From: Candidatus Poribacteria bacterium
GTDB taxonomy: Bacteria > Poribacteria > WGA-4E > WGA-3G
Assembly: GCA_965215265.1 (NCBI GenBank)
Contig: OZ244048.1
Coordinates: 3,488,001-3,552,000, forward strand
Direction of reading: 5' to 3'
Length of the DNA: 64,000 bases
Position numbers and translations under genes: made by a program. This document shows, one piece after another, positions 49,744 through 60,163 of the stretch (position 1 is the stretch's first letter; every line of letters starts with the position of its first letter). Under the pieces are notes generated by a model. It saw only the letters and a list, made by a program, of their open reading frames with translations, was not told where the DNA came from and searched no databases.

Positions 49744-51933
49744 CTATCTCTTTCTCTGTAAGTAGTCCAGGAAACGTTTCTGTTTTTCCGCGTCGATTTG
49801 CCGTTCGCCATTTAAAGCTGCCCATGCACCGAAGAAAATGGCGGATGCCTCTTGTGCGTGGGATGCCTTGGCGTGATTTAGTGACGTAATTTCGAGAGTC
49901 ATCGCGATTTTGTTAGTCTGTTGGATTTCCGGTGTTATCCTATCGTGGATGGTTTCGATGGGTGTCTTAAAAAGGGTAGCGTTAAATTGCTGGAGTATCT
50001 GCTTTAGAAAAGTTTCGGCTGTGTGATTTCCTCGGTAATGTGCGGCGATAACGGTGGGTTCAGTTTTCCGCGCCGGTGTGTGGTGAATTCGCAGGTAGTA
50101 TCCATCTTCAGGAATCGCATTAACGTTGGCGATGCGTTTTTCGAGGGGTAGTTTTTGTCCGGGTGGCTGAATCAGATAGACCTTTGCGCCTGCGAGTGTT
50201 AGCATCTCTTTCAGTGTTGCAATGAGTTTTGCAGTGGCGTGTTCGTTGCCTTGTGAATCCAGAACAAAGACGTTTTCAGCGAATATGCCGTCCGCTATCG
50301 CTTGTAGTTTAGGATGGACAACCGTCGCGCTACTGAGGTGGAGAGAAATCTGACGTTTGTATGGATAATATCCGGCTGCAGTGAGGTGGAGTATTACTTC
50401 GCCCTCAAATTCTGTCATCAAGAAGAAATGGCCGGCGGCATCGGTGACAGCGGTTAATGCGGGTTGGGCGTGTAATTGGACGTTCGGAATCGGTTCGCCG
50501 GTATCAGCATCAGTGACGTGTCCTTGGAGGAGTGCGCTGTCGATTTCTGCAAAACGGATTTTAACCGATTTGCGTTTCTGTCGGTAGGCAGCCTGCACCG
50601 TTGCTGTGCCAGGTTGTGTGGTTGCATGTAGATAGAAGCGTGCGGTCCCATTTTTGGAGGATCCGACAGTTTGGTATGGTTTATGCGGGGAGCGCGCAGA
50701 TGATAGAGAAAAAGCGTTTGCTGCGACGATGTGGCCTTCTGATGTTGTGGCGTGGATCGGCTCCCCGTCGGCAATTGGCATTCCTTCCGCATCTAGTGCT
50801 GTAACGGTAATACGGGCGTAACTTTTCCCGTCAAATGGTAGGGTATCCGTCCATGTGTTCATGCTGAGTTTGGCTGCAGGTGGTGCCACCTTAAACCATT
50901 GCATGAAAGGTAGGCTGTGATTTCCGTAGTAGTTGACGAGTTCGGTTTCGACAAAATGGATGCCGTTTGATAGCGGTGCTTTGATGAGAATGTCAATTAA
51001 ATCCTCGTCACGGCGATAGTGGAAGGGAACGTCCACGTTATCAATTTTGACTCGTATAGAGTTTGTGAAAACTTGTTGTCGTTTTAGCATCCATGCGCCT
51101 CGTTCGTGGAGTCCATCTGTGATTTGGATTTGGATATTGGGGGTTTTGGTTTCGATAACGGCCTCGTGTAGGGGTTTGACGAGTGTGCCTTTAGGGAATC
51201 CGGCGGCGACGTACCGTGCGATGCCGAGAAAATAGCCGTAAGCTTCCTGTTTGAGGTACTCTGCAGATTTGAGTCTGGCTTCTTCCTCAGGATTAGAGTA
51301 GAAAGATGCCTCGCACACAACTGCAGGGCATTTGGTTAAGCGCAAAACGCCAAAGCCTGTGGAGACAACTAACTTATCAGAATAGAGTCCGGTTGCAGGG
51401 GCTGTGGGCAGACGGAGTGCGTCGGCGACAGCTTGTTGGATATATCGTCCGAGGTCGAGACTGGTGCGCGATTCGTCTGCATCGCCGTGGTACCACGTGG
51501 AGGTATAGTTGGTTTCAGAGTTACTAATTGCGTTATGGTGTAGGGAGATGAAAAAATCGGCACCGTTTTCATTGGCAATCCGGCTACGTTCAGGTAGACT
51601 GACGTAGGAATCATCGATGCGTGTCATGATGACTGTAGCACCGACCTGCTGCAAGAGTTCGCGGAGGTAAAGCGCAACCTGTAGGTTGACCTCTGCTTCG
51701 CGAAGTCCGGTTGGACCTCGCTTATAATTGGGGACGTGTGCTTGTCCGCCGTGTCCCGGGTCTAGGCAAATTGTGAATTCCTTGAGATGGCGAGCGTAGG
51801 GTGGGACTTCAGGCGCAGCAGATTCTTCTTGTTGCTCAATAACGTCTGGATATTGGGTACAGTTGCTAAACAACAAAAGGAATAGCGTGACGGCGGCAAA
51901 TTGATAAAAAAGTTTTTTTGTATAGTTCAGCAT
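49744..51933 (-). CDS. N-acetylmuramoyl-L-alanine amidase (Amidase_3) lipoprotein with Ig-like domains and a degenerate second amidase domain
   Basis: Lipobox-like 'FSNC'; 'LDPGHGG', 'EAEVN', 'SLHHNA', 'E' in VVCEASF; Ig-like 'DGKS..ITVTALD..G.PI'; 'GHVTDADTGEPI'; AGGA RBS at ATG 51933. Confidence 0.88.
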   Translation of the reverse strand: MLNYTKKLFYQFAAVTLFLLLFSNCTQYPDVIEQQEESAAPEVPPYARHLKEFTICLDPGHGGQAHVPNYKRGPTGLREAEVNLQVALYLRELLQQVGATVIMTRIDDSYVSLPERSRIANENGADFFISLHHNAISNSETNYTSTWYHGDADESRTSLDLGRYIQQAVADALRLPTAPATGLYSDKLVVSTGFGVLRLTKCPAVVCEASFYSNPEEEARLKSAEYLKQEAYGYFLGIARYVAAGFPKGTLVKPLHEAVIETKTPNIQIQITDGLHERGAWMLKRQQVFTNSIRVKIDNVDVPFHYRRDEDLIDILIKAPLSNGIHFVETELVNYYGNHSLPFMQWFKVAPPAAKLSMNTWTDTLPFDGKSYARITVTALDAEGMPIADGEPIHATTSEGHIVAANAFSLSSARSPHKPYQTVGSSKNGTARFYLHATTQPGTATVQAAYRQKRKSVKIRFAEIDSALLQGHVTDADTGEPIPNVQLHAQPALTAVTDAAGHFFLMTEFEGEVILHLTAAGYYPYKRQISLHLSSATVVHPKLQAIADGIFAENVFVLDSQGNEHATAKLIATLKEMLTLAGAKVYLIQPPGQKLPLEKRIANVNAIPEDGYYLRIHHTPARKTEPTVIAAHYRGNHTAETFLKQILQQFNATLFKTPIETIHDRITPEIQQTNKIAMTLEITSLNHAKASHAQEASAIFFGAWAALNGERQIDAEKQKRFLDYLQRKR

Positions 51934-52052
51934 GGTCGATTTCCTGACACAATGCCGCTGCATGCTTGTGCTGGTTGCAAAGGCGTGCGTTCCGGAATTT
52001 GCCTCTACAAATTGAGTGGTCTGCAATCTCATCTGACTTTTTTCAGAATCGT

Positions 52053-52514
52053 TTAGCGTTCTTCTGGGTTATACCTTTGCCGCGCTCTGCGTGACTTTGG
52101 GGGCCCGAGAATTTCTGCGAGAATGATGCCTTGTCGGAATGTTTGTGAGGAAAAATCGCCAATTGAAATTGCTGGTATCGGCTTCGGTGCAGGTCTGCGC
52201 GTTGGACGTGAGCTGTCAACCGGAACCGGCGATGGTTCTGCAGGTGGCTCTTTAGGCGTTTCTGCAGCGATCGGTGCCTCCATTTGTTCTTCGGTTTGTG
52301 CTTCTTCAGTGCCAAGAAAGTCAGGCATCGTCTCTGTATCAAACGGAAAATTTTCCATGAAGGGCGGTAAGGCTGTTTCACTGCTTGCGTGATCCGTTGT
52401 ATGGCTTTCGTCTTGAGTTTTTCGTTGTTCAGGTTTTTTCCGGCGGACGTTACCGAGAAAGAGCGTTGCAATAACAATAATAAGCGCGATAATTGGCTGG
52501 ATAAGTTCGTCCAT
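52053..52514 (-). CDS. YqfB-like small membrane-anchored protein
   Basis: N-terminal TM, low-complexity middle, C-terminal 'RQGIILAEILGPPKS' typical of the gene following floA; AAGGAG RBS. Confidence 0.7.
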   Translation of the reverse strand: MDELIQPIIALIIVIATLFLGNVRRKKPEQRKTQDESHTTDHASSETALPPFMENFPFDTETMPDFLGTEEAQTEEQMEAPIAAETPKEPPAEPSPVPVDSSRPTRRPAPKPIPAISIGDFSSQTFRQGIILAEILGPPKSRRARQRYNPEER

Positions 52515-52638
52515 CAATTTTCTCCTTTTTCTGTTTGTTTCATCACCGTCTTCTGCGTTAAGCAAAAGGTAGCCGGGGGCTCGTTTGGACACTCGTCAGT
52601 AAAACTGTAGATGAGTCAGTTTTTCTGTGCGGGCGTGT

Positions 52639-53667
52639 TTACGAGAACCCGAGTGAATGTGCGGAGCGTGTTGTGTCAACTTCTTGTGTCCCGCCGGGTG
52701 ATGCGATGGATTGGCGCATCTCGGTATCCGCGAGGATATTCCGGAGTTCGTAATATGCCATGACCGCCATTGTTTGAGAATCGAAAGCATCTGCGATAGC
52801 GAGTGGTACTTCTGCTTCAGCTTCAATGAGTTTGATAGTCATCTCTTCGACAAGTGCTTTGTTCTCTTCTTCTTCTGCTTCAGCGCGTGCACGTCGTTCT
52901 TCGGCCTTGGCACGTGCGATTTTGAGTTCTGCTTCCGCCTGGTCGGTTTGGAGTTTTGCGCCGACGTTTTCTCCGACATTGATATCGGCGATATCAATGG
53001 AGAGTATCTCAAAGGCAGTTCCCGCTGAGAGTCCTTTTGCAAGTACTGTCTCAGAAATGAGAACAGGGTTTTCGAGAACCTGTTTGTGACTTACTGATGA
53101 GCCGATAGTTGTGATAATTCCTTCTCCGACTCTGGCGCGGATGGTATCCTCTGTAGCACCGCCGACGAGGCGGTCAATGTCGGCTCTGACGGTGACGCGT
53201 GCTTTGACAATGAGTTGGATTCCGTCACGTGCAACGGCGGTGATGCCGCTAGTAGAATCACTGCCTTCGGGTATATCAATAATTTTGGGTGTTACACTGA
53301 CTTGTACGGCTTGTAGTACATCTCGCCCGGCGAGGTCAATGGCGGCGGCTTGTGCGAATCCGAGTTCAATATTGGCTTTATCCGCTGCGATGAGTGCTGC
53401 AACGACACTTGCGACGCGCCCCCCGGCGAGGTAGTGTGCCTCAAGTTCGTCCAAGGAAAGGGTTAATCCTGCTTTAGTAGCGTTAATCTGTGGTTCGACG
53501 ATGGCTTTGGGTGGTACACGTCTGAGGCGCATTGCGACAAGATCAAAAATTCCGACCTTTACGCCTGCAGCGATAGCGGTAATCCAGAGTCCTATTGGGA
53601 CGAGCCATGAGATGATGATGATAAATAGGACGATACAGACAGCAATAATTGCAATAATTGGTTGCAT
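52639..53667 (-). CDS. floA: Flotillin-like protein FloA (YqfA), copy 2
   Basis: 'LWITA..AGV', 'LEAHYLAGG', 'AIDLAGRDV', '[13 protein letters not shown]', 'EAEVPLA'. Confidence 0.9.
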   Translation of the reverse strand: MQPIIAIIAVCIVLFIIIISWLVPIGLWITAIAAGVKVGIFDLVAMRLRRVPPKAIVEPQINATKAGLTLSLDELEAHYLAGGRVASVVAALIAADKANIELGFAQAAAIDLAGRDVLQAVQVSVTPKIIDIPEGSDSTSGITAVARDGIQLIVKARVTVRADIDRLVGGATEDTIRARVGEGIITTIGSSVSHKQVLENPVLISETVLAKGLSAGTAFEILSIDIADINVGENVGAKLQTDQAEAELKIARAKAEERRARAEAEEEENKALVEEMTIKLIEAEAEVPLAIADAFDSQTMAVMAYYELRNILADTEMRQSIASPGGTQEVDTTRSAHSLGFS

Positions 53668-53677
53668 TGGATTCTCC

Positions 53678-54571
53678 TTAGTTTTCAGTATTTAGATTTC
53701 CGGTTCGGAATGCGCCTGCGAGTGCGCGTGGTACATTGGCTTCGGCTTCAACGACTCCGGCACGTTTTTCTTGAACGCTGGCGGTCATTTCTTGTTTTCG
53801 TGCAACTGCCATAGCACGGCGTTCTTCTGCTTTAGCTTGTGCTACGACGAGGTCTGCTTCGGCTTGTTCGGCTTGCAATTCGGCACCGATATTTTTTCCG
53901 ACGTTGACATCGGCGATATCAATAGAGAGGATTTCAAAAGCAGTGCCTGCATCGAGTCCGCGATCCAGCACGGTTTTAGAGATAATGTCCGGGTTTTCCA
54001 GCACATCTTCGTATGTTTCAGATGCACCGATTGCACTAATAATACCTTCCCCGACGCGTGCGATGATCGTTTCTTCCCCTGCACCGCCGACGAGGCGGTT
54101 AATATTTGTGCGCACGGTAATCCGGACAGTGGTGATTAATTCGACACCATCTAATGCGAGCGCGCTGATGCGTGGCGTTGTAATGACACGTGGGTTAACG
54201 CTCACCTGTACAGCTTCAAAGACATCTCGCCCAGCTAAATCGATTGCAGATGAGCGTTGGAAGCTGAGCTCAATTCGTGCTTTATCAGCGGCAATGAGAG
54301 CACTGACAACGTTAAGTACGTTCCCGCCGGCGAGATAGTGTGCTTCTAATTCAGCAGTTGCGACTTTCAATCCAGCCTTGTGGGCACTGATGAGCCCTTT
54401 GACAATGATGTTGGGATCGACCCTGCGGAGGCGCATTCCAATCAGGTCTAAAATTCGGAGAGGGACCCCCGCGGCGATAGCGGCAATCCAGAGTCCGACT
54501 GGGACGAACCAAAAGAAAGCGATTAGAACAATTAAAATCGCGAGAGCAATAATACCTGTAAAGGCATCCAT
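53678..54571 (-). CDS. floA: Flotillin-like protein FloA (YqfA), copy 1
   Basis: Same motifs; ends at 'AFRTGNL'. Confidence 0.9.
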   Translation of the reverse strand: MDAFTGIIALAILIVLIAFFWFVPVGLWIAAIAAGVPLRILDLIGMRLRRVDPNIIVKGLISAHKAGLKVATAELEAHYLAGGNVLNVVSALIAADKARIELSFQRSSAIDLAGRDVFEAVQVSVNPRVITTPRISALALDGVELITTVRITVRTNINRLVGGAGEETIIARVGEGIISAIGASETYEDVLENPDIISKTVLDRGLDAGTAFEILSIDIADVNVGKNIGAELQAEQAEADLVVAQAKAEERRAMAVARKQEMTASVQEKRAGVVEAEANVPRALAGAFRTGNLNTEN

Positions 54572-54650
54572 AAGTTCCTTCCTTCTTCAAATGTTGTGAT
54601 GAGTCCTCGGCTAGCCTTTATGAGTGTGGCTTGCGAGGCTATATTGCGAG

Positions 54651-55130
54651 TTACAAACTTCGAACGACGACACGATTTCCTTCAACCAAAATGACTTCGA
54701 CCTCTGCTTCTGCTTCAATAAATTCACCGCGTGTGACGATATCGATGCGGTGGCCATTGATGATGGCAATGCCGGCTGGACGTAATGGCGTGACGGTCTT
54801 CCCAGATTTGCCAACCAGAGTTGTTAGTTCTTGGGGCATCGCTTGGAATCCTGCTTCGCTCCTTTGGGTAGTTCTGAGGATAAAAGCGTCGCCGACACGG
54901 GTGTCACGAATCATTGATAGGCCGATAATAGCAATAGGTATAACAAAAACGAGCACGACACTTCCATAGATAAGTGCTATGTAAAAACCGAGTTTCCACC
55001 AGATAATACCTAGCCCGGTTAGAAGCAGCACGATTCCGGGGGCACCAGCGGCTCCGAACCCCGGTAGAATTAGGATTTCAATGAACACCAATAGCACGCC
55101 AAGTACTATGAGAACAGTTGGAAACCACAT
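54651..55130 (-). CDS. NfeD family protein (short form)
   Basis: 'EILILPGFG', OB-fold 'G.TVTPLRPAG...IDIVT.GEFI'. Confidence 0.88.
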   Translation of the reverse strand: MWFPTVLIVLGVLLVFIEILILPGFGAAGAPGIVLLLTGLGIIWWKLGFYIALIYGSVVLVFVIPIAIIGLSMIRDTRVGDAFILRTTQRSEAGFQAMPQELTTLVGKSGKTVTPLRPAGIAIINGHRIDIVTRGEFIEAEAEVEVILVEGNRVVVRSL

Positions 55131-55193
55131 AACTCTTCTCCCAAATTTCCGACAAAGTCGGATTGGACTGTTGTTTCGCCCGTAATTATTGCA

Positions 55194-56726
55194 TTAATCC
55201 TCGATGGCCTCTACAAAAATCTTAGAACCTTCAACTTCTAGAACTTTAATAGTGGTGTTGCTTGCAATAAAATCGCCCTCAGTGATGACATCGACGCGTT
55301 TGTTATTAATGCGGGCAGTGCCTGCTGGCCGGAGCGGTGTCAAGGCGATACCAGTTTCTCCAAGGTAGTTCTGAAAATCTTCAGAGCCTGCGGAATGGTA
55401 GCCCATATTAGTGTCCATCACTATAGGGAGCGCAAACCGCTGAAAGCTTTCTGTCTTAGGTAGCATCCATACGGCGAGGATTGCTAAGGTGCAGGTTAAA
55501 ATGACAGAAATGGAGAGCCATTGGACAGCGGTGCCGAGCTCGTATGCTCCTTTAAATACGAAAAACACACTGCCAATCATGAGTGTGATACCGAGTATCC
55601 CGGAGACCCCGAACCCGGGTATGACGAACACTTCCAAGACGATTAAAGCCAGCCCGAGGACAAAAGCGAGTGCTGCCCATTCTGCTTCAAGTTGATTGAG
55701 CATGTGTCCTCCAAAAAACAGCCCGATGCACAAGAGCCCAAGGAAACCGGGGATGCCGAATCCCGGTGTCCGAATTTCGATAAAGATGCCCAATACACCT
55801 AACGAAAGGAGGAGTGAACTGATGATGGGGCTGGTAAGAAAAAAGACTATACGATCTGCGAGGGTTACAGCGAACGCTTGGACAGTGGCATCCGCCAATG
55901 ATTTAATGCGCGTAACTTGGTTTACGCCTAATTCACTCTGTTTCTGTAGGATTTTCTCTTCCAATAAAGCCATTTTGATTCCGTCAATTTCAACAATCTG
56001 ATATTGGGCTAAAAGTGCCGTCAAGTTTTCAGCGCGAGCGTCAACGAATTCGTATTCAAGTGCTTGTTGGGTTGTCATAGTGAGCAATTTCCCTTGTGCA
56101 CAAAGAATTTCCATTTGTTCTCCGGCTTCTTCTTGAACGATGTATTCTTCGGGTAGGAGTTTAACGATCTGTCCATCAGGGTATCTGACGAGAACGAGTT
56201 CTTTGTCAACCATCGCTTCGGCAATATCGGGGTTTCTGTTTTGACGTTCGGCAGTAGCTCGGATGGTAGCTCGGATGTAAGAAATGGCTTTTTCGCCAGC
56301 TTCATTTCCTTGAATGTCGACGGGTGCGGAATCCCCGATGGTTCCGCCGGATGTCATGGCGATCTGTGTACATGCAGCGGATATCATGGCCCCAGCAGAG
56401 ATGGCTTGTCGATTGACAAACGCGATGGTAGGGATGTCTGTTTCCTGAATGGAGCGAATAATTTGAACGGCCGAGTCAACGCGGCCACCAGGGGTATCCA
56501 CATCAAAAACGATTGCATCGGCTTTGGCATTTTCAGCATTCTCAATACCTTGGCTGATATAAGAGCTGACACCACTTCCAATTTCGGTCCGGATGTCAAT
56601 GACGTACACCAATGCGTCATCTTGTGCAGTTGCATTCAGGATTATGAAAAGGCTTGCAATTAGAATAGAGACGTGGTAGAGTCTTGCCTTCCTTGCGGGC
56701 GGGTCTGAAAATATAGCGCGTTTCAT
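55194..56726 (-). CDS. NfeD long form, ClpP-class membrane serine protease (YqeZ-like)
   Basis: 'DTPGGRVD', 'AISAGA', 'EK', 'EIRTPGFG', 'TPLRPAG'. Confidence 0.9.
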   Translation of the reverse strand: MKRAIFSDPPARKARLYHVSILIASLFIILNATAQDDALVYVIDIRTEIGSGVSSYISQGIENAENAKADAIVFDVDTPGGRVDSAVQIIRSIQETDIPTIAFVNRQAISAGAMISAACTQIAMTSGGTIGDSAPVDIQGNEAGEKAISYIRATIRATAERQNRNPDIAEAMVDKELVLVRYPDGQIVKLLPEEYIVQEEAGEQMEILCAQGKLLTMTTQQALEYEFVDARAENLTALLAQYQIVEIDGIKMALLEEKILQKQSELGVNQVTRIKSLADATVQAFAVTLADRIVFFLTSPIISSLLLSLGVLGIFIEIRTPGFGIPGFLGLLCIGLFFGGHMLNQLEAEWAALAFVLGLALIVLEVFVIPGFGVSGILGITLMIGSVFFVFKGAYELGTAVQWLSISVILTCTLAILAVWMLPKTESFQRFALPIVMDTNMGYHSAGSEDFQNYLGETGIALTPLRPAGTARINNKRVDVITEGDFIASNTTIKVLEVEGSKIFVEAIED

Positions 56727-56806
56727 GACAAATGCTCCTTTTTAGCACTGCTGCGGCAGGCAGCATATCCGATTCAAGTCTTTTTAAGGTAGAAAGTATC
56801 TTAATT

Positions 56807-56836
56807 ATTATATACCGAGGTAGCCCTGTGTGTCAA
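56807..56836 (-). promoter_or_regulatory. sigma70 promoter of the nfeD-floA operon
   Basis: Minus strand TTGACA-18-TATAAT. Confidence 0.65.
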
Positions 56837-56926
56837 GCCAATTTCGCTTTTTACAAGGAGAATTCTGTTTTTCGTTTACAACTATTAAAGAATCTAAAAA
56901 AACGCAATAGTTCTATTTTGGGAGCA

Positions 56927-57496
56927 TCATTTTTGCTCGGTATTGAATTCGGCTTTAATCCATGCATGAAGCACATGGTTTAAAATGAGATGTACATCTT
57001 CAACCGGTCCGTACTCGTTGCTATCGACAACAACAGAGACATCACAGATTTCGGATAATTTTCCACCGCCGAACCCACACCATCCGACTGTTTTGCATCC
57101 GATTTCAGTGGCGTACTGCATGGCACGGAGGACATTTTCAGAATTACCACTTGCGCTGATACCGAGAACCAGATCACCAGGGCTGACAAGGTTTTTGAGT
57201 TGTTCAAGAAAAACATCTTCGTAAGAGACATCGTTCGACCATGCTGTGATGGTTGCCACGTTATCGGTTAAGCTGATAACCCGGAAACGTGGTTTTCCAG
57301 GTGTGCTGGTGCCTTTGCCTAAGTCACAAGCGATGTGTGAGGCGGTTGATGCACTGCCGCCATTCCCGATGACAAAAATCTGCTTTTCGTGGTAATAGGC
57401 ATCCATAATGGCATCGATGGAGCGGCGTACTTCTGTCAAAGGTAAACGTGCCAAGGTGTCTTGTAGGTGTGAAATATAGTGTTGAATTCTTTCCAA
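56927..57496 (-). CDS. SIS-domain phosphosugar isomerase (GmhA-like)
   Basis: 'GNGGSASTASH', 'ND', 'ISASGNSENV', 'EDVH'. Confidence 0.88.
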   Translation of the reverse strand: MERIQHYISHLQDTLARLPLTEVRRSIDAIMDAYYHEKQIFVIGNGGSASTASHIACDLGKGTSTPGKPRFRVISLTDNVATITAWSNDVSYEDVFLEQLKNLVSPGDLVLGISASGNSENVLRAMQYATEIGCKTVGWCGFGGGKLSEICDVSVVVDSNEYGPVEDVHLILNHVLHAWIKAEFNTEQK

Positions 57497-57516
57497 AACA
57501 GGTATTCTCCTTTTTC

Positions 57517-58470
57517 CTATACGACTAAAGCAACGGCGGCGAGATCTCCTAAATTTTCGCCGAGCTGCGCAGGCTGAATTTTAACGATTTCTGCGGGGCG
57601 TGTCATTGCCATCTGCCTCACCGTTTTCCGCAGTGGCTGAAGCAACAAATCGCCGGCGGCGATAGCAATTGTGCCAATTAAAATGATGTCAGGATTCAAA
57701 ATGTTAACCAGATTTGCGATGCCCCATCCCATGTAATAAGCGGTTTCTTGAACCAATTGCAGTGCCACGGCATCACCTGTCTGTGCTGCTTCAAACACAT
57801 GTTCTGATTTAATAGCGTCAATGTTGCCATCAACGAGGGTTAGGAGCGTAGTGTGTGGATGAGTTTGTAATGCTTTTTTCGCTCTTCGTGCAATTGCAGG
57901 TCCGGAGCAGAGCGCCTCAAGACATCCGCGCTTACCGCATCCACAAGGCGGTCCACCTGGGAGCAGTATCTGATGTCCGACTTCGCCTGCACTGTCATTA
58001 GCCCCGTGATAGATTTTTCCATTAAGCACCAGTCCACCGCCGATGCCGGTGCTCATGGTGATATAAAGTAAATTTTGGTAGCCGCGCCCACCGCCGAATC
58101 GCCATTCGGCGAGAGCAGATGCATTGGCATCGTTTTCAATAGTTACCGGCATTTCGAATTCTGCGACAAGGACATCTTTGAGTGGGAGAGCATCCCATCC
58201 CGGCAGATTTGGTGGCGAATAGACAATGCCGGTATTGGTGTCCACTGGTCCGCCGCAGCTGACACCGATTGCTGATATTTCTTGGCGTTTCAATCCAGCG
58301 GCAGCAATAGTTTCATTCACCATGTCCAAAAGGAGCTGAATGGCGTAATCAGGACCTTTTTCAGCGTGCGTGAGTCTGCGTGTCTTGTAGAGAATATTTG
58401 CGTTCTCATCAGCCACAACGGTTGCAAGTTTCGTGCCGCCAATGTCAATGCCAACAACGTGTCTGTTCAT
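57517..58470 (-). CDS. ROK family sugar kinase
   Basis: 'DIGGTK', 'ENDAN', 'STGIGGG', 'GEVGH', 'CGCGKRGCLE'. Confidence 0.92.
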   Translation of the reverse strand: MNRHVVGIDIGGTKLATVVADENANILYKTRRLTHAEKGPDYAIQLLLDMVNETIAAAGLKRQEISAIGVSCGGPVDTNTGIVYSPPNLPGWDALPLKDVLVAEFEMPVTIENDANASALAEWRFGGGRGYQNLLYITMSTGIGGGLVLNGKIYHGANDSAGEVGHQILLPGGPPCGCGKRGCLEALCSGPAIARRAKKALQTHPHTTLLTLVDGNIDAIKSEHVFEAAQTGDAVALQLVQETAYYMGWGIANLVNILNPDIILIGTIAIAAGDLLLQPLRKTVRQMAMTRPAEIVKIQPAQLGENLGDLAAVALVV

Positions 58471-58514
58471 ATTTTTCTATCATATCCAAAAGGCGTTGTC
58501 GTCTCGAGTCCGCC

Positions 58515-60023
58515 TTAACCAATTTTGTAATTAAGTGGACGTAGTGCCTGATAAATTTGGGCGTACGTTGATAGTTTTTCATCGTAATGCTGTGCGATAT
58601 CCGGGCGCGGGTAGTAAATCGCCCCCGGTGTAACCAATTGTTCAACAGCTTGGGCGACAGAATGGTATTTACCAATGGCAGTGCCGGATAAAATGGCGGT
58701 GCCGAGGCAAACACCTTCGGAGATGTCAAGTGCGACGACTTTTTTTCCAAACATATCCGCTTTAAGTTGCAACCATTTTTCAGATTTTGCGCCGCCGCCT
58801 ATAGCTCGAATTTCGTTTATGGCGACTCCTGCATCCTGTAACATAGCGAGATTCTGTTTTATTTCGTAACTAATACCTTCCAGAATCGCTTTGACAAATT
58901 CGCCTTTTGTAGTTGAAAGCGTTAATCCGACAAGTGCCCCTTTTGATTCTAGGTCTAAGTGGGGTGTTCCTGATCCGGTGAAATGCGGGAGTAGCATGGC
59001 GGTGGCGGGCGTGTTTGGCATCTCATCAAGTAGGATATCATAAACATCGCGTTGGGTTGCTTCCGCTTGCGCGATTTCTGCTTGCGCGAACGTATCCCGA
59101 AACCATCGCAGTACAACACCGCCACTGGAGACAAAACCTAGGGTTACGTATAAGCCATTCACCACATGCGGGTAACATGCAAAATTGCCATCTATCATCT
59201 GTTGATTGATAACAGGTTGCGTGAAGGCCGGGGCAATACACTCAACGGTGCCGGTTGCATCCATTACTTCGCCGCTGCGAATGATGCCTGCCCCTAACGC
59301 GCCACACGGCTGATCGTGTCCCCCAGTCACACCGACTACGTCGTGGGGCAGGCCGAGTTCGTCGGCGACCTGTGAAGAAAGTTTTCCGATGATAGTTCCG
59401 GAGGGTGCAGTCTCTGGGAAGAGGTCGGCATCAATGTTTCCCAGACTAAGCATTTTTTCGGACCAGGTTTTGTGAATAATATCAAAGGCCATGGTGCGAG
59501 CAGCGAGGGAATAGTCAACGACAGGTGGCAGGCCGAGTTTGAAATAGACGAAATCCTCAAACCCGAGGAATTTCCACACGTGCCGATAAATATCGGGTTG
59601 ATTCCGTTGCATCCAGATGAGTTTTGGCAGTGTGTGAATATCACTGAGTGGCATGCCGGTAATCTGCATCACTTCCAAAGGACTAACGTGTTGCTTTAGT
59701 TCTTCACAGATTCCGGATGTCCTATCGTCAAAAGTGGTAATTGCGTTTGATAAGATGTTCCCGTTAGAGGTAACCGGTGTCACGGCCTCGCCTTGTGACG
59801 CAACGCTGATGGCTTCAACCGGATCTGTTTGTGTTTGTGCCGCGACCTGTTGAATGCCAATTGCTATTTTATCCCAAACGACCTGGGCATTGAGCTCCGA
59901 CCGGCCGGGTTGTGGATGTATCAACGGGTATTCGCCATAAGCTTGTGCGAGAATCTCACCATCCTCGCGAAAGGCGATGACTTTGCATCCAGTTGTGCCG
60001 ACATCGATACCTAAAAGACTCAT
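58515..60023 (-). CDS. FGGY family carbohydrate kinase
   Basis: 'GIDVGTTGCK', 'DDR', 'GGHDQ', 'GGGAKS..WLQ..AD'. Confidence 0.92.
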   Translation of the reverse strand: MSLLGIDVGTTGCKVIAFREDGEILAQAYGEYPLIHPQPGRSELNAQVVWDKIAIGIQQVAAQTQTDPVEAISVASQGEAVTPVTSNGNILSNAITTFDDRTSGICEELKQHVSPLEVMQITGMPLSDIHTLPKLIWMQRNQPDIYRHVWKFLGFEDFVYFKLGLPPVVDYSLAARTMAFDIIHKTWSEKMLSLGNIDADLFPETAPSGTIIGKLSSQVADELGLPHDVVGVTGGHDQPCGALGAGIIRSGEVMDATGTVECIAPAFTQPVINQQMIDGNFACYPHVVNGLYVTLGFVSSGGVVLRWFRDTFAQAEIAQAEATQRDVYDILLDEMPNTPATAMLLPHFTGSGTPHLDLESKGALVGLTLSTTKGEFVKAILEGISYEIKQNLAMLQDAGVAINEIRAIGGGAKSEKWLQLKADMFGKKVVALDISEGVCLGTAILSGTAIGKYHSVAQAVEQLVTPGAIYYPRPDIAQHYDEKLSTYAQIYQALRPLNYKIG

Positions 60024-60163
60024 TGTTTGTTTTCTCCTTGATACATGATGCTAAGATATTACAACAAATCACGTTTTAACGCAACAAACTTATAAATGCA
60101 GGTGGTTTTGAGGTTGGAGTAGAAAAAGTCGTATCGGAATCTGGAGATTTTTCAGAAACGGGG

